DNA of 64,000 nt from the human T2T-CHM13v2.0 reference genome, Homo sapiens: the NCBI RefSeq assembly GCF_009914755.1, contig NC_060934.1; one strand, given 5' to 3'. Numbering within the stretch: position 1 is the stretch's first letter; each line of letters starts with the position of its first letter. Under the pieces are notes generated by a model. That model did no database searches, was not told where the DNA came from, and saw only the letters and a program-made list of their open reading frames with translations. Positions 1 to 10,580 of the stretch are shown here, one piece after another. The position numbers were made by a program, and so were the translations under genes.

Positions 1-759
1 TAAGAACCGAGTCTGGTCTCAAGATAGCGTAGCGCGAAGGAAGCCCCCCTGACCACATTTGAGTCTCCAAGACAATAGTTTCTCTTCTCGTCTTCAGGGG
101 TTAATGGCAAACAGTCAAAAGAATGAAATAAGACAGACTCCAGCCCATCCAGAACACAGAAAGAGGAAATTGGAGCCACACAGTGGGTCTATAGATATGT
201 TCTATCTCTTTTTTTCTCCCAAGAGATCACCTTTGAGATAGTTTTGAACACATGCTCAGCTAGCAGCACCCCTGTCTGGTAGAGACTCTTTCAGAAGCCC
301 GTTGATCCGCAGTCCAGCAAGCAAATGACTTTAGAAGAAGGAAAAAAATAAAGTAACAGGAAAGGAGGGAGAAAAAACACATTGGAGGGAGAAAGGGGAA
401 GAAGAGATAGAAAATCTGTCCACTAAATTTATTATCTTAGCTTGCATTTTGGTGAGAATATGTACATTAATGGACCATCTGCTGAGAAAATCCGCCAGAG
501 ATTTTCAGTGATTCAAAGTGATGATAGGACTCACATTTCTACTTCCTTCCAGCTGCAAAGAAGGAGCCCACTTCTAAGAGAAAAATCAATGACCTCCCTT
601 GGTTGCCTGGTGAACCAGCTTTCATTTTCTAAGAGCTGAGGATAAAAATTGCACCTCCAGGCATTAAGCCTTGGAGCACACACCTGTGCACGAAACTCCT
701 TCTGGACAAGGCCTTAGAGAACTCAGATCAGCTCCCACAGCTACCCCTCAGTGACAAAA

Positions 760-2200
760 AGGCCCCGACAAAATCACTTCCTTTCCTCCTGCCACGCTTT
801 CCCCACCTTTAACACCAAGATCATCTTTTACCCTCCTATCTCAGAGGGAAACCATTCAGTCCTCTGCTTTAAAGTTAACCCTTTCTTATCTTCACTTTAA
901 CCAAATACCTTCACTTTATCTTGACAAAACTCATGGCCCATATAGTTTCTCGGTTCTTGTTCTCCCTAAAGGCTCATCATTGCTTAACGCGCGTAGACAC
1001 TCGTGCTGGCTTGACTTCCATCAATTAAACTACTCAGCCCTGACTTTTCTCCTGCTTGTTTCACTGCTCAGTTCCATTTTCCATGCTGGTTCCTTTTCTT
1101 CATCTGGACCCCAAACCCTGGGGATCCCCAAAAGCTTTGTCTTTGACTTCTCATTCCCTTTATTTAAACTCTTGCCCTGTATCTTACCATTGCTGTAACT
1201 GTCACCTGTGACTAGAAAGCCATCAAATGCTTAACTCCAGGCCTAGGATGTCATCACCAGACACACAACTCACTGTAAAGGCATTTATTTCTGTTTGCCT
1301 GTTCCATGGTTACCCTGCATGTAACATGTCTTATAGACAACTTGTGAACACCTCCAAATGCAAATAAATCATTCCTTCCTCCTTCTTTATCCCTACTAAT
1401 GACATCACCTGTCCTCTTCGAATCACAAGTAGCCAGACGAATCACCAAACCCTGCACATTTTTAGTTTATCCTGCCTCCCCCACCACCCACGAGAATCCA
1501 TCCTCTTCCTTCCCATGCTATCTCCTTAGGCCACACCATTATCATCTCACATCCCTCCGTGCTATTGCAACTGCCATTTGAAATCATTCCCAGCCTCCAA
1601 CCATCTTTCTATCAGATAAATCTTAAAACCCTCTTCTTTTACACAGAAGGCCTAATGAAGAAAGAACCTCTGGATTAAACAGATATGCTGGTGCTGCTGG
1701 TGGTAGTGGTGAACAGCATCTTCAAGGAAGAGAAGGATGTGGTCTGAGTCCTAAGGCCTACAGCTTGGAAGATAAAAAGCACAAGACAATCACTGGGACC
1801 ATGAACCAGCCCGCGTAGAGCAGATCTCACCTCTCTGTCCCACAATAGCCCTTTCCTATTTCAACTCTCCCGTACTTCAGAACCCTCCTCCTTTGTCCTT
1901 CTCCCTCATGGAGTCTTTCTCCAACACTTTAGTGCTTTCTCTGAAATCCTTCAGCATTTATTTCCTTCAGATAATCAAATATTGCTCCACATACCTGGAC
2001 ATTTAATTCTTTCTGTTGAGTATGTTTTTGAGCACTTTCCCTCCAGTCATAGAGGAATAATTTTCTCTGTATTCTTCTAGAAAAAATGTTAGTTGGGACA
2101 GCCAAATAATAAATAATTGAAGGGTAAGAATCATGTCTCACAATGCTCTTGTAGTCCCAACATCCCAGTAAAGAACCATGCATACAGAAGGCGATTGGAG
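760..2200 (+). mobile_element. L2 LINE fragments (highly decayed), interrupted at ~1640-1830
   Basis: Pyrimidine-rich sequence resembling L2 ORF2 and 3' end (e.g. ttccttttcttcatctggaccccaaaccctggggatccccaa; atgtcttatagacaacttgtgaacacctccaaatg). Boundaries approximate. Confidence 0.55.
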
Positions 2201-2600
2201 ACATTTATTTGATTTATTGAACAACTACTTTGTTCTAGGCTCTATTCTAGGTAATAGAATACAATGAACAAATTAAACTAAATTCCTGCCTCCATAGGCT
2301 TGATTTTCCAGTGGGGCAGGAGAAATGGAATGAAAGAGAAATAGCTGAAATAGATAATAATATGTTGCAAAATAACACATTATTTTGTATGTTTTAATGC
2401 ATATTTGTAATTATTACAAGTTATTGTAAAGTAACACCAAATAAGAAAAGAATGAACACAAAAGTAGTTAATTCTATGATATATTAGAAATTGATAAAGC
2501 AGTAGAGAAACATGAAGCATGGCAGGGAGACAGAGAATACAAGTTGCAGAGTGAGGAGCAATTATAAATTAGGTAGTTAGGGAAGGTCTCTGCAAAAGTA

Positions 2601-3898
2601 TTAGTTTGGTGCAAAAGTCATTGCGGTTTTTGCTTTGTTGGAATTTGCTGTTTGATATTGGACTATATTCTTAAATGTGGTTATGTTATACATAACTTTA
2701 GTGGGCATTTCTTGCTTTATGTTTTTTTTTTTGCTAATGACTTATTACTTGCTGTTTATTTTATGTTTATTTTAGACTATGGAAATGATGGTAGCAAAAA
2801 TCAAATTCGACCAATTTTCTTGAGTTCAAAATGTGTTGTAAAGCAGTGGAGACAACTCCCAACATCAACAACACATTTGGCCTGGCCCAGGAACTGCTAA
2901 CAAATGTACAGTGCAGTGATGGTTCAAGAAGTCTTGCAAAGGAGATGAGAGCCTTGAAGATGAGGAGCAGAGTGCCAGGCCATCGGAAGTTGACAAAGAC
3001 CAGTTGAGAGCAACCATCGCAGCTGATGCTCTTACAACTACACAACAAGTTCCCAAAGAACTCAACATCAATTATTCTATGGTTATTCAGCATTTAAAGC
3101 AAACTGGAAAGGTGAAAAAGCTCAATAAGTGGATGCCTCATGAGCTGACTGAAAATAAAAAAAGAAAAATCTTTGTTTTGAAGTGTTGTCTTCTCTTATT
3201 CTATGCAACAACAGTGAACCATGTCTTGATTGGATTGTGGCATGCAACGAAAAGTGGATTTCATACGACTACCAGTGACAACCAGCTCAGTGGTTGGACC
3301 AAGAAGAAGCTCCAAAGCACTTCCCAAATACAAACTTGCATTAAAAAAAGGTCACGGTCACTGTTTGGTGGTCTGCTGCTGGTCTAATTCACTACAGCTT
3401 TCTGAATCCTGGAGGAACTATTACATCTGAGAAGTATGCTCAGCAAACCTATGAGATGCACCGAAAACTGCAACACCTATAGCTGGCATTGTTGAGCTGG
3501 CATTGGTCAACAGAAAGGGCCCAATTCTCAACAATGACGCCCAATCGCACGTCGCGCAACCAACGCTTCAAATGTTGAATGAATTGGGCTACAAAGTTTT
3601 GCCTCATCTGTCATACCCTCCTGACCTCTCGCCAACTGACTACCACTTCCTCAAGCATCTCAACAACTTTTTGCAGGGAAAACGCTTCTACAGCCAGCAG
3701 GATGCAGAAAAGTATTTCCAAGAGTTCATTGAATCCCAAAGCACAGATTTTTATGCTACAGTGATAAACAAACTTATATCTCATTGGCAAAAATGTGTTG
3801 ATTAAAATGGTTCCTATTTTGATTAATAAAGATGTGTTTGAACCTAGTTATAATGATTTAAAATTCATGGTCTGAAACCACAGTTTCATTTGCACCAA
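2601..3898 (+). mobile_element. HSMAR1 mariner DNA transposon, near full length (~1.3 kb)
   Basis: Left TIR ttagtttggtgcaaaagtcattgcggtttt follows a TA. The degenerate right TIR gaaaccacagtttcatttgcaccaa precedes a TA. Internal transposase motifs are present. Confidence 0.96.
2779..3826 (+). pseudogene. HSMAR1 transposase pseudogene (frameshifts, stops, catalytic mutations)
   Basis: ATGGAAATGATG start at 2779. ORF-track fragments include HLKQTGKVKKLNKWMPHEL (WVPHEL motif) and YPPDLSPTDYHFLKHL (YSPDL motif). Ends TCCTATTTTGATTAA. The first catalytic Asp codon reads AAC (CNEKW). Confidence 0.93.
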
Positions 3899-4453
3899 TA
3901 GCATCTGAGCCATTTCTGGAAGGAGGTGAGGGAATGAGGCATGTGGCTCTTTGGGTAAGGAACATGCTGTATAGTGGGAACAACATGTGCAAAGACCCTG
4001 AGACAGGACCAAGTCTAGAATATTCTAGAAAGTGCAAAGAAGCTACTTTAGGAACATTGGCTTTTATTCCAAATGAGATTATGAATTACTGGAGTTTTCA
4101 CTGGATTAGTAAATAATTTTGATCACCCCAGCTGCTGTGAGATGAGACAATGTGGAGACAAGTGCAGAGGCAGGGGGACTAGTTAGAAGAACTAGTAATC
4201 CAATGGAAAGGTGACCACAGCTCAGACCAAGGAGGAGGTAGTAGAGAGGAGAAGGGGTCAGACTCTGGTTACATTCTGAAGGCAAAGCCAGTGGGATTTG
4301 TTGGTGGATTGATTGTGGAGTGGGAGGAAAGGGACAGAGTCAAGGATAACTCCAAGATTTCTGACCTGGGCAAGTGAAAGAACAGAATTAAGAATTGTTC
4401 TTAACTGGGTCAAAGAAGAGTGGAGCATGCACAAATTTAAGATAGAAGATTGA

Positions 4454-4488
4454 CATATTATTTAAGGTTCTCCAGAGAGACAGAAACA

Positions 4489-4536
<48 letters not shown>

Positions 4537-4891
4537 TACAGAGAAAGCTCTTTATTTTGAAGGAAGTGGCTTGATTATGGAGACTGGCAAGTCCAAAATC
4601 TGCAGGGTGAGCCTGCAGGCAGAGACCCTGCAAGAGGCATGCTGCAGGTCAAGTCTGAAGGCCATCTGCTGCAGAATTCCTTCTTGCTCAGGGAAGGTCG
4701 GGTTTTGTTCTCGTCAGGCCTTCAACTGATTGGATGAGGCTCTCCCACAGTAGGGGAGGGTAATCCACTTTTCTCAGTCTGCCTATTTACATGTTAATCA
4801 CATTCAAAAACATTTGCAGAAATATCCAGAAAATGTTTGACCACGTATCTGGGCACTGGCCAGCCAAGTTGACACAAAATAAACCATTGCA
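4454..4891 (-). mobile_element. MLT2 (ERVL) solo LTR, MLT2C/D-like
   Basis: Reverse complement starts tgcaatggtttattttgtgtcaacttggctgg. Contains gccttcaactgattggatgaggc. Flanks attga/attgg form a 5-bp TSD with one mismatch. Confidence 0.85.
4491..4534. repeat. (TG)22 microsatellite inside MLT2
   Basis: Direct read. Confidence 0.97.
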
Positions 4892-5832
4892 ATTGGGGAT
4901 TCAGTTTTGGAAATGTTAAGTGTGAGATGAATATTGACTATAAGTGGAGACGTTAGATAGAAAGTTGGATATAAGAGTGTAGAAGGCAACAGAGTGAATC
5001 AGGCTACAGATATAAATTTGTAAATCATCAATAACTTTAAAGCCAGGCCTGGAACACACCATCAAAGGAGTGAGTGATAGAGGAGCACTCCGAGGACTGA
5101 GTGGGGCCTTTCACCACTGAGACGACTGAGAGAAGAGCAGCAGCCATCAAAGACGATGAAGAAAAAGCAACCCGTGAGATAAACAGAAGAAACACATATG
5201 ATAATTACTACACTGTATAATATTGAGTGAATATACACAAATCAAATACATAATGAGTGAGTAAATAAGCAAACAGCAATAAATTAGAATTCACTCATAT
5301 ATTTAATAGAGAGCATCACATTTAATCATGAAAAAGAGAAGTTCATTGCAAAAAAGAAACAGTAATGGTTTTATCTGAAACACAGTGACCTAAAGGGAAT
5401 TGTACACATTTAATAACTCATAAAGAGAAATATCACCTGTCCTCTAAAAAAGAAAGAAAATAAAATCAAAAAAGCTCCAGCTACTTGCCTGGAGAAGCAA
5501 GTAAAAGTAACTCATTTGAATAAACTTTATTTTCTTACTGGAATCTACTTGTTTCTTAAAGGACCTAAATGTCATTTTTCTTTCTCAGACAAATGTGTCT
5601 TTAAATCCCCATTTTCACTGCTGCCTGAGTCTTTTTGGTGATAAAGTAACTACAGTGAAACACTCTGTTCTAAATGTAACACCACCTTGCAAACTTCTCT
5701 CCTTTCTTTGGCACCAATAAAGGGTAACAAAACTCTGGAAATAGGCTGTTAAGAGCAAGCTGCTGTTTTGCTCCTTCCTTTATGGGTGATAAGGAAATAC
5801 CTTCTTACGTCAGTAATTTTGATAGCATAGAC

Positions 5833-6039
5833 CAGATCTCAGCCAACATTTTCTGTAAAGGTAAATATTTTAAGTTTTATAGGCCATACAGCCTCTGCTT
5901 CAACTGCCCAACTCTGCTCTTAAAGTGTAAAAACAGCATACACAAACAAGTGAGCATGGCAGTGTTCCAATAAAACTTTATTTACAAAAGCAAGCCACAG
6001 ACAAGAGTTGGGTCTGGTCCTATAGTTTGCTGACCCCTT
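5833..6039 (+). mobile_element. MER58A hAT-Charlie MITE
   Basis: Contains gtgttccaataaaactttatttacaaaa and ends tatagtttgctgacccct. 8-bp TSD gcatagac on both sides. Confidence 0.88.
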
Positions 6040-7479
6040 GCATAGACCATAGACCAGTCTTTCTAATCATTAGTCACCTATTTGCCCTGGAGGAACAATT
6101 CCAACACCATAAAAACCCTTTGATATAATAAGCATCGCACAATGGAGGAGAAGCACAATAAATATTCTGTTGCTGTCATGGCTATTGTGGTTGTTTGATT
6201 TTTCTTAATGAAGAATAGCCATATTTAAATGTGATACATAAGGTAGCAGCATTGAGAAAGATTTGTGGAACTCATAAATCCCTCAACTCCCCAAGGGTTC
6301 CTCTGAGTATGCTATAGACAGGACTATCAAATAGTAAAATGGGAAATTACATTACCTGTTATGTAATATTAGAACCTCTTGTTCAATGACATGGGTGTCT
6401 CTTCTGCATATATTTTCTTGGCATTAATCTGAAAAGGCTGGGAGGAAAAAGAAATTGGATTTGAATTTGATATCCTCTTGCATTTGTCATTAAGTTTCTA
6501 GGTAAAGTCTGACTCCTCAAAAGTTTAACTCCGTTTAACTTAGTCACAGTTTAATATAACCTTCTCTTTAATAGTAGCTATGGAGGATTTCACAGGTTTC
6601 TATGTCTCTTTCAAGATGAAGATTCAAAGAAAGATTTTCTGTGTATGGTAGTTTTGATATAAAGAACCCATTAGCAAACTTGAAATGTGTAAATTACATG
6701 GAAGGCTCTAAGATGTGCCTTAAGTTGTAAGGGCAGACCACCTTCTCTCAGGAGGTTAATGGAGAGAGGAGGTGCTTGTTTCAACAAAGAGCTGAAAATA
6801 ATACCCTGAAATTCACCTTTATAATCAAAAGATGGACTGCTTTTAATTGCAGATGAGTGGCTAGAAAACACTTTTATTCTTCCTTTACGGCATTTTCCTT
6901 GGCAAACAGAATTAAAAGGCAGCCCCGAATATATCCGGCATAATATTCCTCAGTGCTCACTAACTCATCTGCTTCAATTCAGGATGGATATGGTAACAAT
7001 CATTTTCATAATGCCTGTGGGTGCTTTATTAATATTTTATAATAAAATTATATCATCTTATACAAACTTCACTCTATAATACGTTAAAAATGGGATCAGA
7101 GACTTGCAAATGAAATGAAAGCAATGGTAAAATTTAAAACATTTTGGACTGCAGTTTTTCTGTTTCTTTTCTCCATTAAACAATTTTTGAGTCCCACCTT
7201 TACCAATGCTATAGACATGATTATCTTGAAATCTCCACTATCTAGTTTATTAATACTCATCAGTGCTCTATATTCATCTCAGCTAAACATTTTTTTCCTA
7301 GGGAGCACAATGTACAGCTATTTTTATTTTGTCAGAGCCGTTCCACTAAATTATAAAATATAATGTATGTAATAAATTTTGTTTGTTGTTACAAAATCAA
7401 CACATGAAATTTACAAGGTTATTTCTCATTTTAAGGTAAAAAGGAAAGACAAAAGAGGTGCTCTTATTGGTTAAAGCAC

Positions 7480-7650
7480 CCAGGGCTTTCATATGTGCAT
7501 CTCATTTAATCCTCAACCAGTTGAGGTAGATGCTATTATCCCGTTTTACAGAAGGGAACAGCTGGGTTTCAGAAAGACTAACTCGCCCACAGTTACACCT
7601 TTTGTAAGTGGAGGACTGAGCCCACATTTCTTTGATTTCAAATGATGTGG
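7480..7650 (-). mobile_element. MIR SINE
   Basis: MIR core: ctcatttaatcctc...attatcccgttttacaga. Confidence 0.7.
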
Positions 7651-8269
7651 GATAAGTTAGGTAAATAAGGTAAATTTTTTTTAACAAATTAAGTTTGATA
7701 CCATTAAACTATAAGGAACAAGTCTTTGAGATTTTAAAAGGAAAGTACATACACACAAGGAATCTTTACATAGACATAACCATTTGACCAAAACATAGAA
7801 TCCTCCCTAAGCGTCTTCCTGTATGTCTCAAGGTGAATCAGGTAGAAAGGTACATTTCTCTCTTTTCTTGAGGAGGTTGAAGTGTTGATTACCTACTGCC
7901 CCATGGCTGAATTAGGAGGAAAGTTGAAAGATGCACTTTTTAGCAAGGGCCTGAGACTCTAGAACTGTCCAACTTACCTCCTAATTTCCCACTGAAATTT
8001 GGCATTAAGGAGATGTTGACCTTGGCAATAATGTCATATTCTCCAACTCAATAGCTGTAGCCCCACAGAAAAAGACAGTGGTTGTTACTGTTCTAATCAG
8101 CATGGAATTTATTAACCTTAATTAAGACTTCAAGTGTAGTTTGCAACCTTTAGAAATGATTAGGCCTTCATTGAGCAAGCAGCCATAGTGATGAGTTGTG
8201 CTACCGTTTGTCTTCTCCAAAGCTACACGCAACGTACAATACACAATAATTTTCCCACTAGCTGACTTG

Positions 8270-8475
8270 TATTGGGAACTCGCCATAAACTAGGTGCTGG
8301 GCTAAGGTTTTCCATGCAGCACCCCATGAAATCTCACCACAGCCTATTACCATCCCAGTTTACAGATGGGGAACCTGAGGCCAAGAGAGTCTGTAAAACC
8401 CTATCTAGACCACCTAACCAGGAAGTCATTGATCAGGATTTGAACTTGGGTCTCTCTGTCTCCTGCTCTCATAAC
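8270..8475 (-). mobile_element. MIR SINE
   Basis: catcccagtttacagatggggaacctgaggcc...caggatttgaac. Confidence 0.7.
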
Positions 8476-9302
8476 ACTCATATTTTCCTTTGGGTGATAA
8501 TGAGGTTGAGGGGACACTTACTCCCCACACCTCATGTTTTATTTTATAGAAAGGGACCGTCTGCTAAAGTAACCCTCTCCCTGTCCTTTATTTCTGAGAA
8601 AAGATTAATGGTGCATCTAATTCGAGTTAAGGAGAAGGCTCTGGGCCTGCTGGCTCAGTTCATTCCACTTGGGGACCCAGTGATCTGCAGAAACAACTCT
8701 TTTCTGCTTCCATGCTTGGCAGGAGGCGCAAGTTATTTCAGCACTGCAGGTACCTGAGCAGGTGAGCTCAAATCAGTTAGCAGAATTGGCCAATGTTCTC
8801 CCACCTCCCTTTCTATCAATCATGAAAGAGACATTTGAACCTCCATCTGCACTGGGACCTTGTCTAGTACCTTCCACGTGAGACTGAAGCACAATGGCTT
8901 ATTGATCAAGCCTCTTTTAAATTGAAACCGCTGGGAGTTTGTAATTTACACAATGAAGCTGTAGGTCTCCCCCATTTCTGTGACTCTCACCGGATTTCAG
9001 TGCCCACAAAGGGCAAAAATCCAAAAACCTTCCCAGATACACTTTTTCTAAGTTTCTAACTTTCATATCTGCATCTTTTATATTTTAATGGCTAGCATTA
9101 TTTTTTCCCAAATAAGATTTGCCCTTGTGGTTTTGTTGTTTTGTTTTAGATTAGATTAATAAACCATGAAGAATTCAACTGAAAATAAGATTTTTTTCAG
9201 AATTCATTTCAGGGAGTATATGCCTTTTAAAAAGTCATTTCTAAATCATAACACATGAAAAGTGCCAGGCTACTTATAAAAAGAAAGTAGTTCTCTCATG
9301 TG

Positions 9303-9324
9303 CTCTCTCTCTTTCTCTCTGTCT

Positions 9325-9365
<41 letters not shown>
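9303..9365. repeat. Compound (TC)n(CA)19 microsatellite
   Basis: Direct read. Confidence 0.95.
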
Positions 9366-9367
<2 letters not shown>

Positions 9368-9439
9368 ATACTCACTCATTCCTACCTGCCTAAGATGATT
9401 TATGTAGGGAGTATCCCTAGTGGCACGAGGGAGAAAATC

Positions 9440-9591
9440 CCCACTCTGTAGCATTTGTCAGTTTCTGTGGTGTAAGTTCTCCCATCACGGCTGATTTTGA
9501 GTTAACATGATGTCACTGAACACCAGTTGGAGAAGAGACAGGCGCAGTCACCTCTCACAAGCCAGTGTAAGCTGGCTGTATCACGCCATTG
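9440..9591 (-). mobile_element. MER63A-like hAT-Blackjack fragment
   Basis: Reverse complement caatggcgtgatacagccagcttacactggcttgtgagaggtgactg...ttcagtgacatcatgtt resembles the MER63 5' end. Confidence 0.65.
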
Positions 9592-10319
9592 GGCCAGACC
9601 CTGTCCTATGACGATAGGTAGCCAAATGGTATCTTAGTATCCCTAGTTCCATTAACAAGGCAAACACTATTCTTTTTATAAAGCTCAACTGATTGCAGCT
9701 GTCCCCAAAACTATAGTTCCCCAGAAACTGTAGTTTCGGGGACAACCCACTACTTTGATATAAAATAAATTGAAATATGTTTTTTTCCTCCTGCATCCTT
9801 CAGAGACTTTGCAACAATGAAGTCATAAGCCTTGGCTTTATGGAATTCAACTTAAACTTCTCCCTTGAGGCTGTCTCTTTTTATCAGCAAGAGATGCCTT
9901 TATCTCTTTCTATATCCAAGATTCCCCTGAGGAAACCACTAAACTGTGTTATTTAATATCTTTGGGACTTTTCTGCATAGTTCTCTAACTCATGAGGTAA
10001 AAGCCTTTAAGAAAAGTTATCTAGGCATGATACAAGTTTGAGAAAAAACATTTCCCATTCATGGCTCCCCCTATAGTTTGCAGTACTCATTGGAATCAAG
10101 AGAGATTACTGCTCTTTGAGATTAGTTGATTACATTATACCCTTAGGCTGAATTTTTTTTCCTGACTAGAGGCAATAATCAATCTTCTATTGATATTTAG
10201 GAAATCTGGGTAATGTTTCTGATTTTACCACTAACTGACTGTGTGGTCTTGGGCAAGTTGCTGAACTGCTCTAGGTTTCAATTATACTAAAGAGTAAAGA
10301 GTGAGGATAGACAGTAATA

Positions 10320-10580
10320 CTGATGGTTATTATTTCTGAGTCCTTAATATGTGCCAAGTAATGGGTGATATACTTTATTCCACTAACTCAGGTAATTATC
10401 ACCATAACCCAAAAATGTAGATACTATTTATTAGTCTCATTTTTTACACAGGAAAACTGAGGCTTAGAGTATAAGTAACATTCTTTAGGCCACATAGTAG
10501 TATTCAACAGAGACGGGACTTGAAACCAGACCGTCTTGACTCAAAGCACATTTCTTCAATCATTGTTCTCTCCTGCCTTC
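10320..10580 (-). mobile_element. MIR SINE
   Basis: aatatgtgccaag...ttttacacaggaaaactgaggcttagag...gggacttgaaaccaga. Confidence 0.75.

Larger units (their letters stand above)
2205..5190 (-). mobile_element. L2 LINE 3' portion, host of the HSMAR1 and MLT2 insertions
   Basis: Starts like an antisense L2 3' end (tttattgaacaactactttgttctaggctct). It resumes after HSMAR1 (gcatctgagc...caacatgtgcaaagaccctgagacagga) and after MLT2 (gggattcagttttggaaatgttaagtgtgagatg). Confidence 0.7.

Noticed and set aside
280-300. In-frame TGA in the candidate exon read as selenocysteine
   Set aside because: No selenoprotein motif recognised, no SECIS visible, and the exon itself is unverified
2779-3826. SETMAR exon
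   Set aside because: Both TIRs are present, with multiple frameshifts and no SET-domain exons; the third catalytic position reads D (PTDYH) as in HSMAR1
8272-8757. 161-aa ORF
   Set aside because: Non-ATG start, first half is MIR-derived, no recognisable domain
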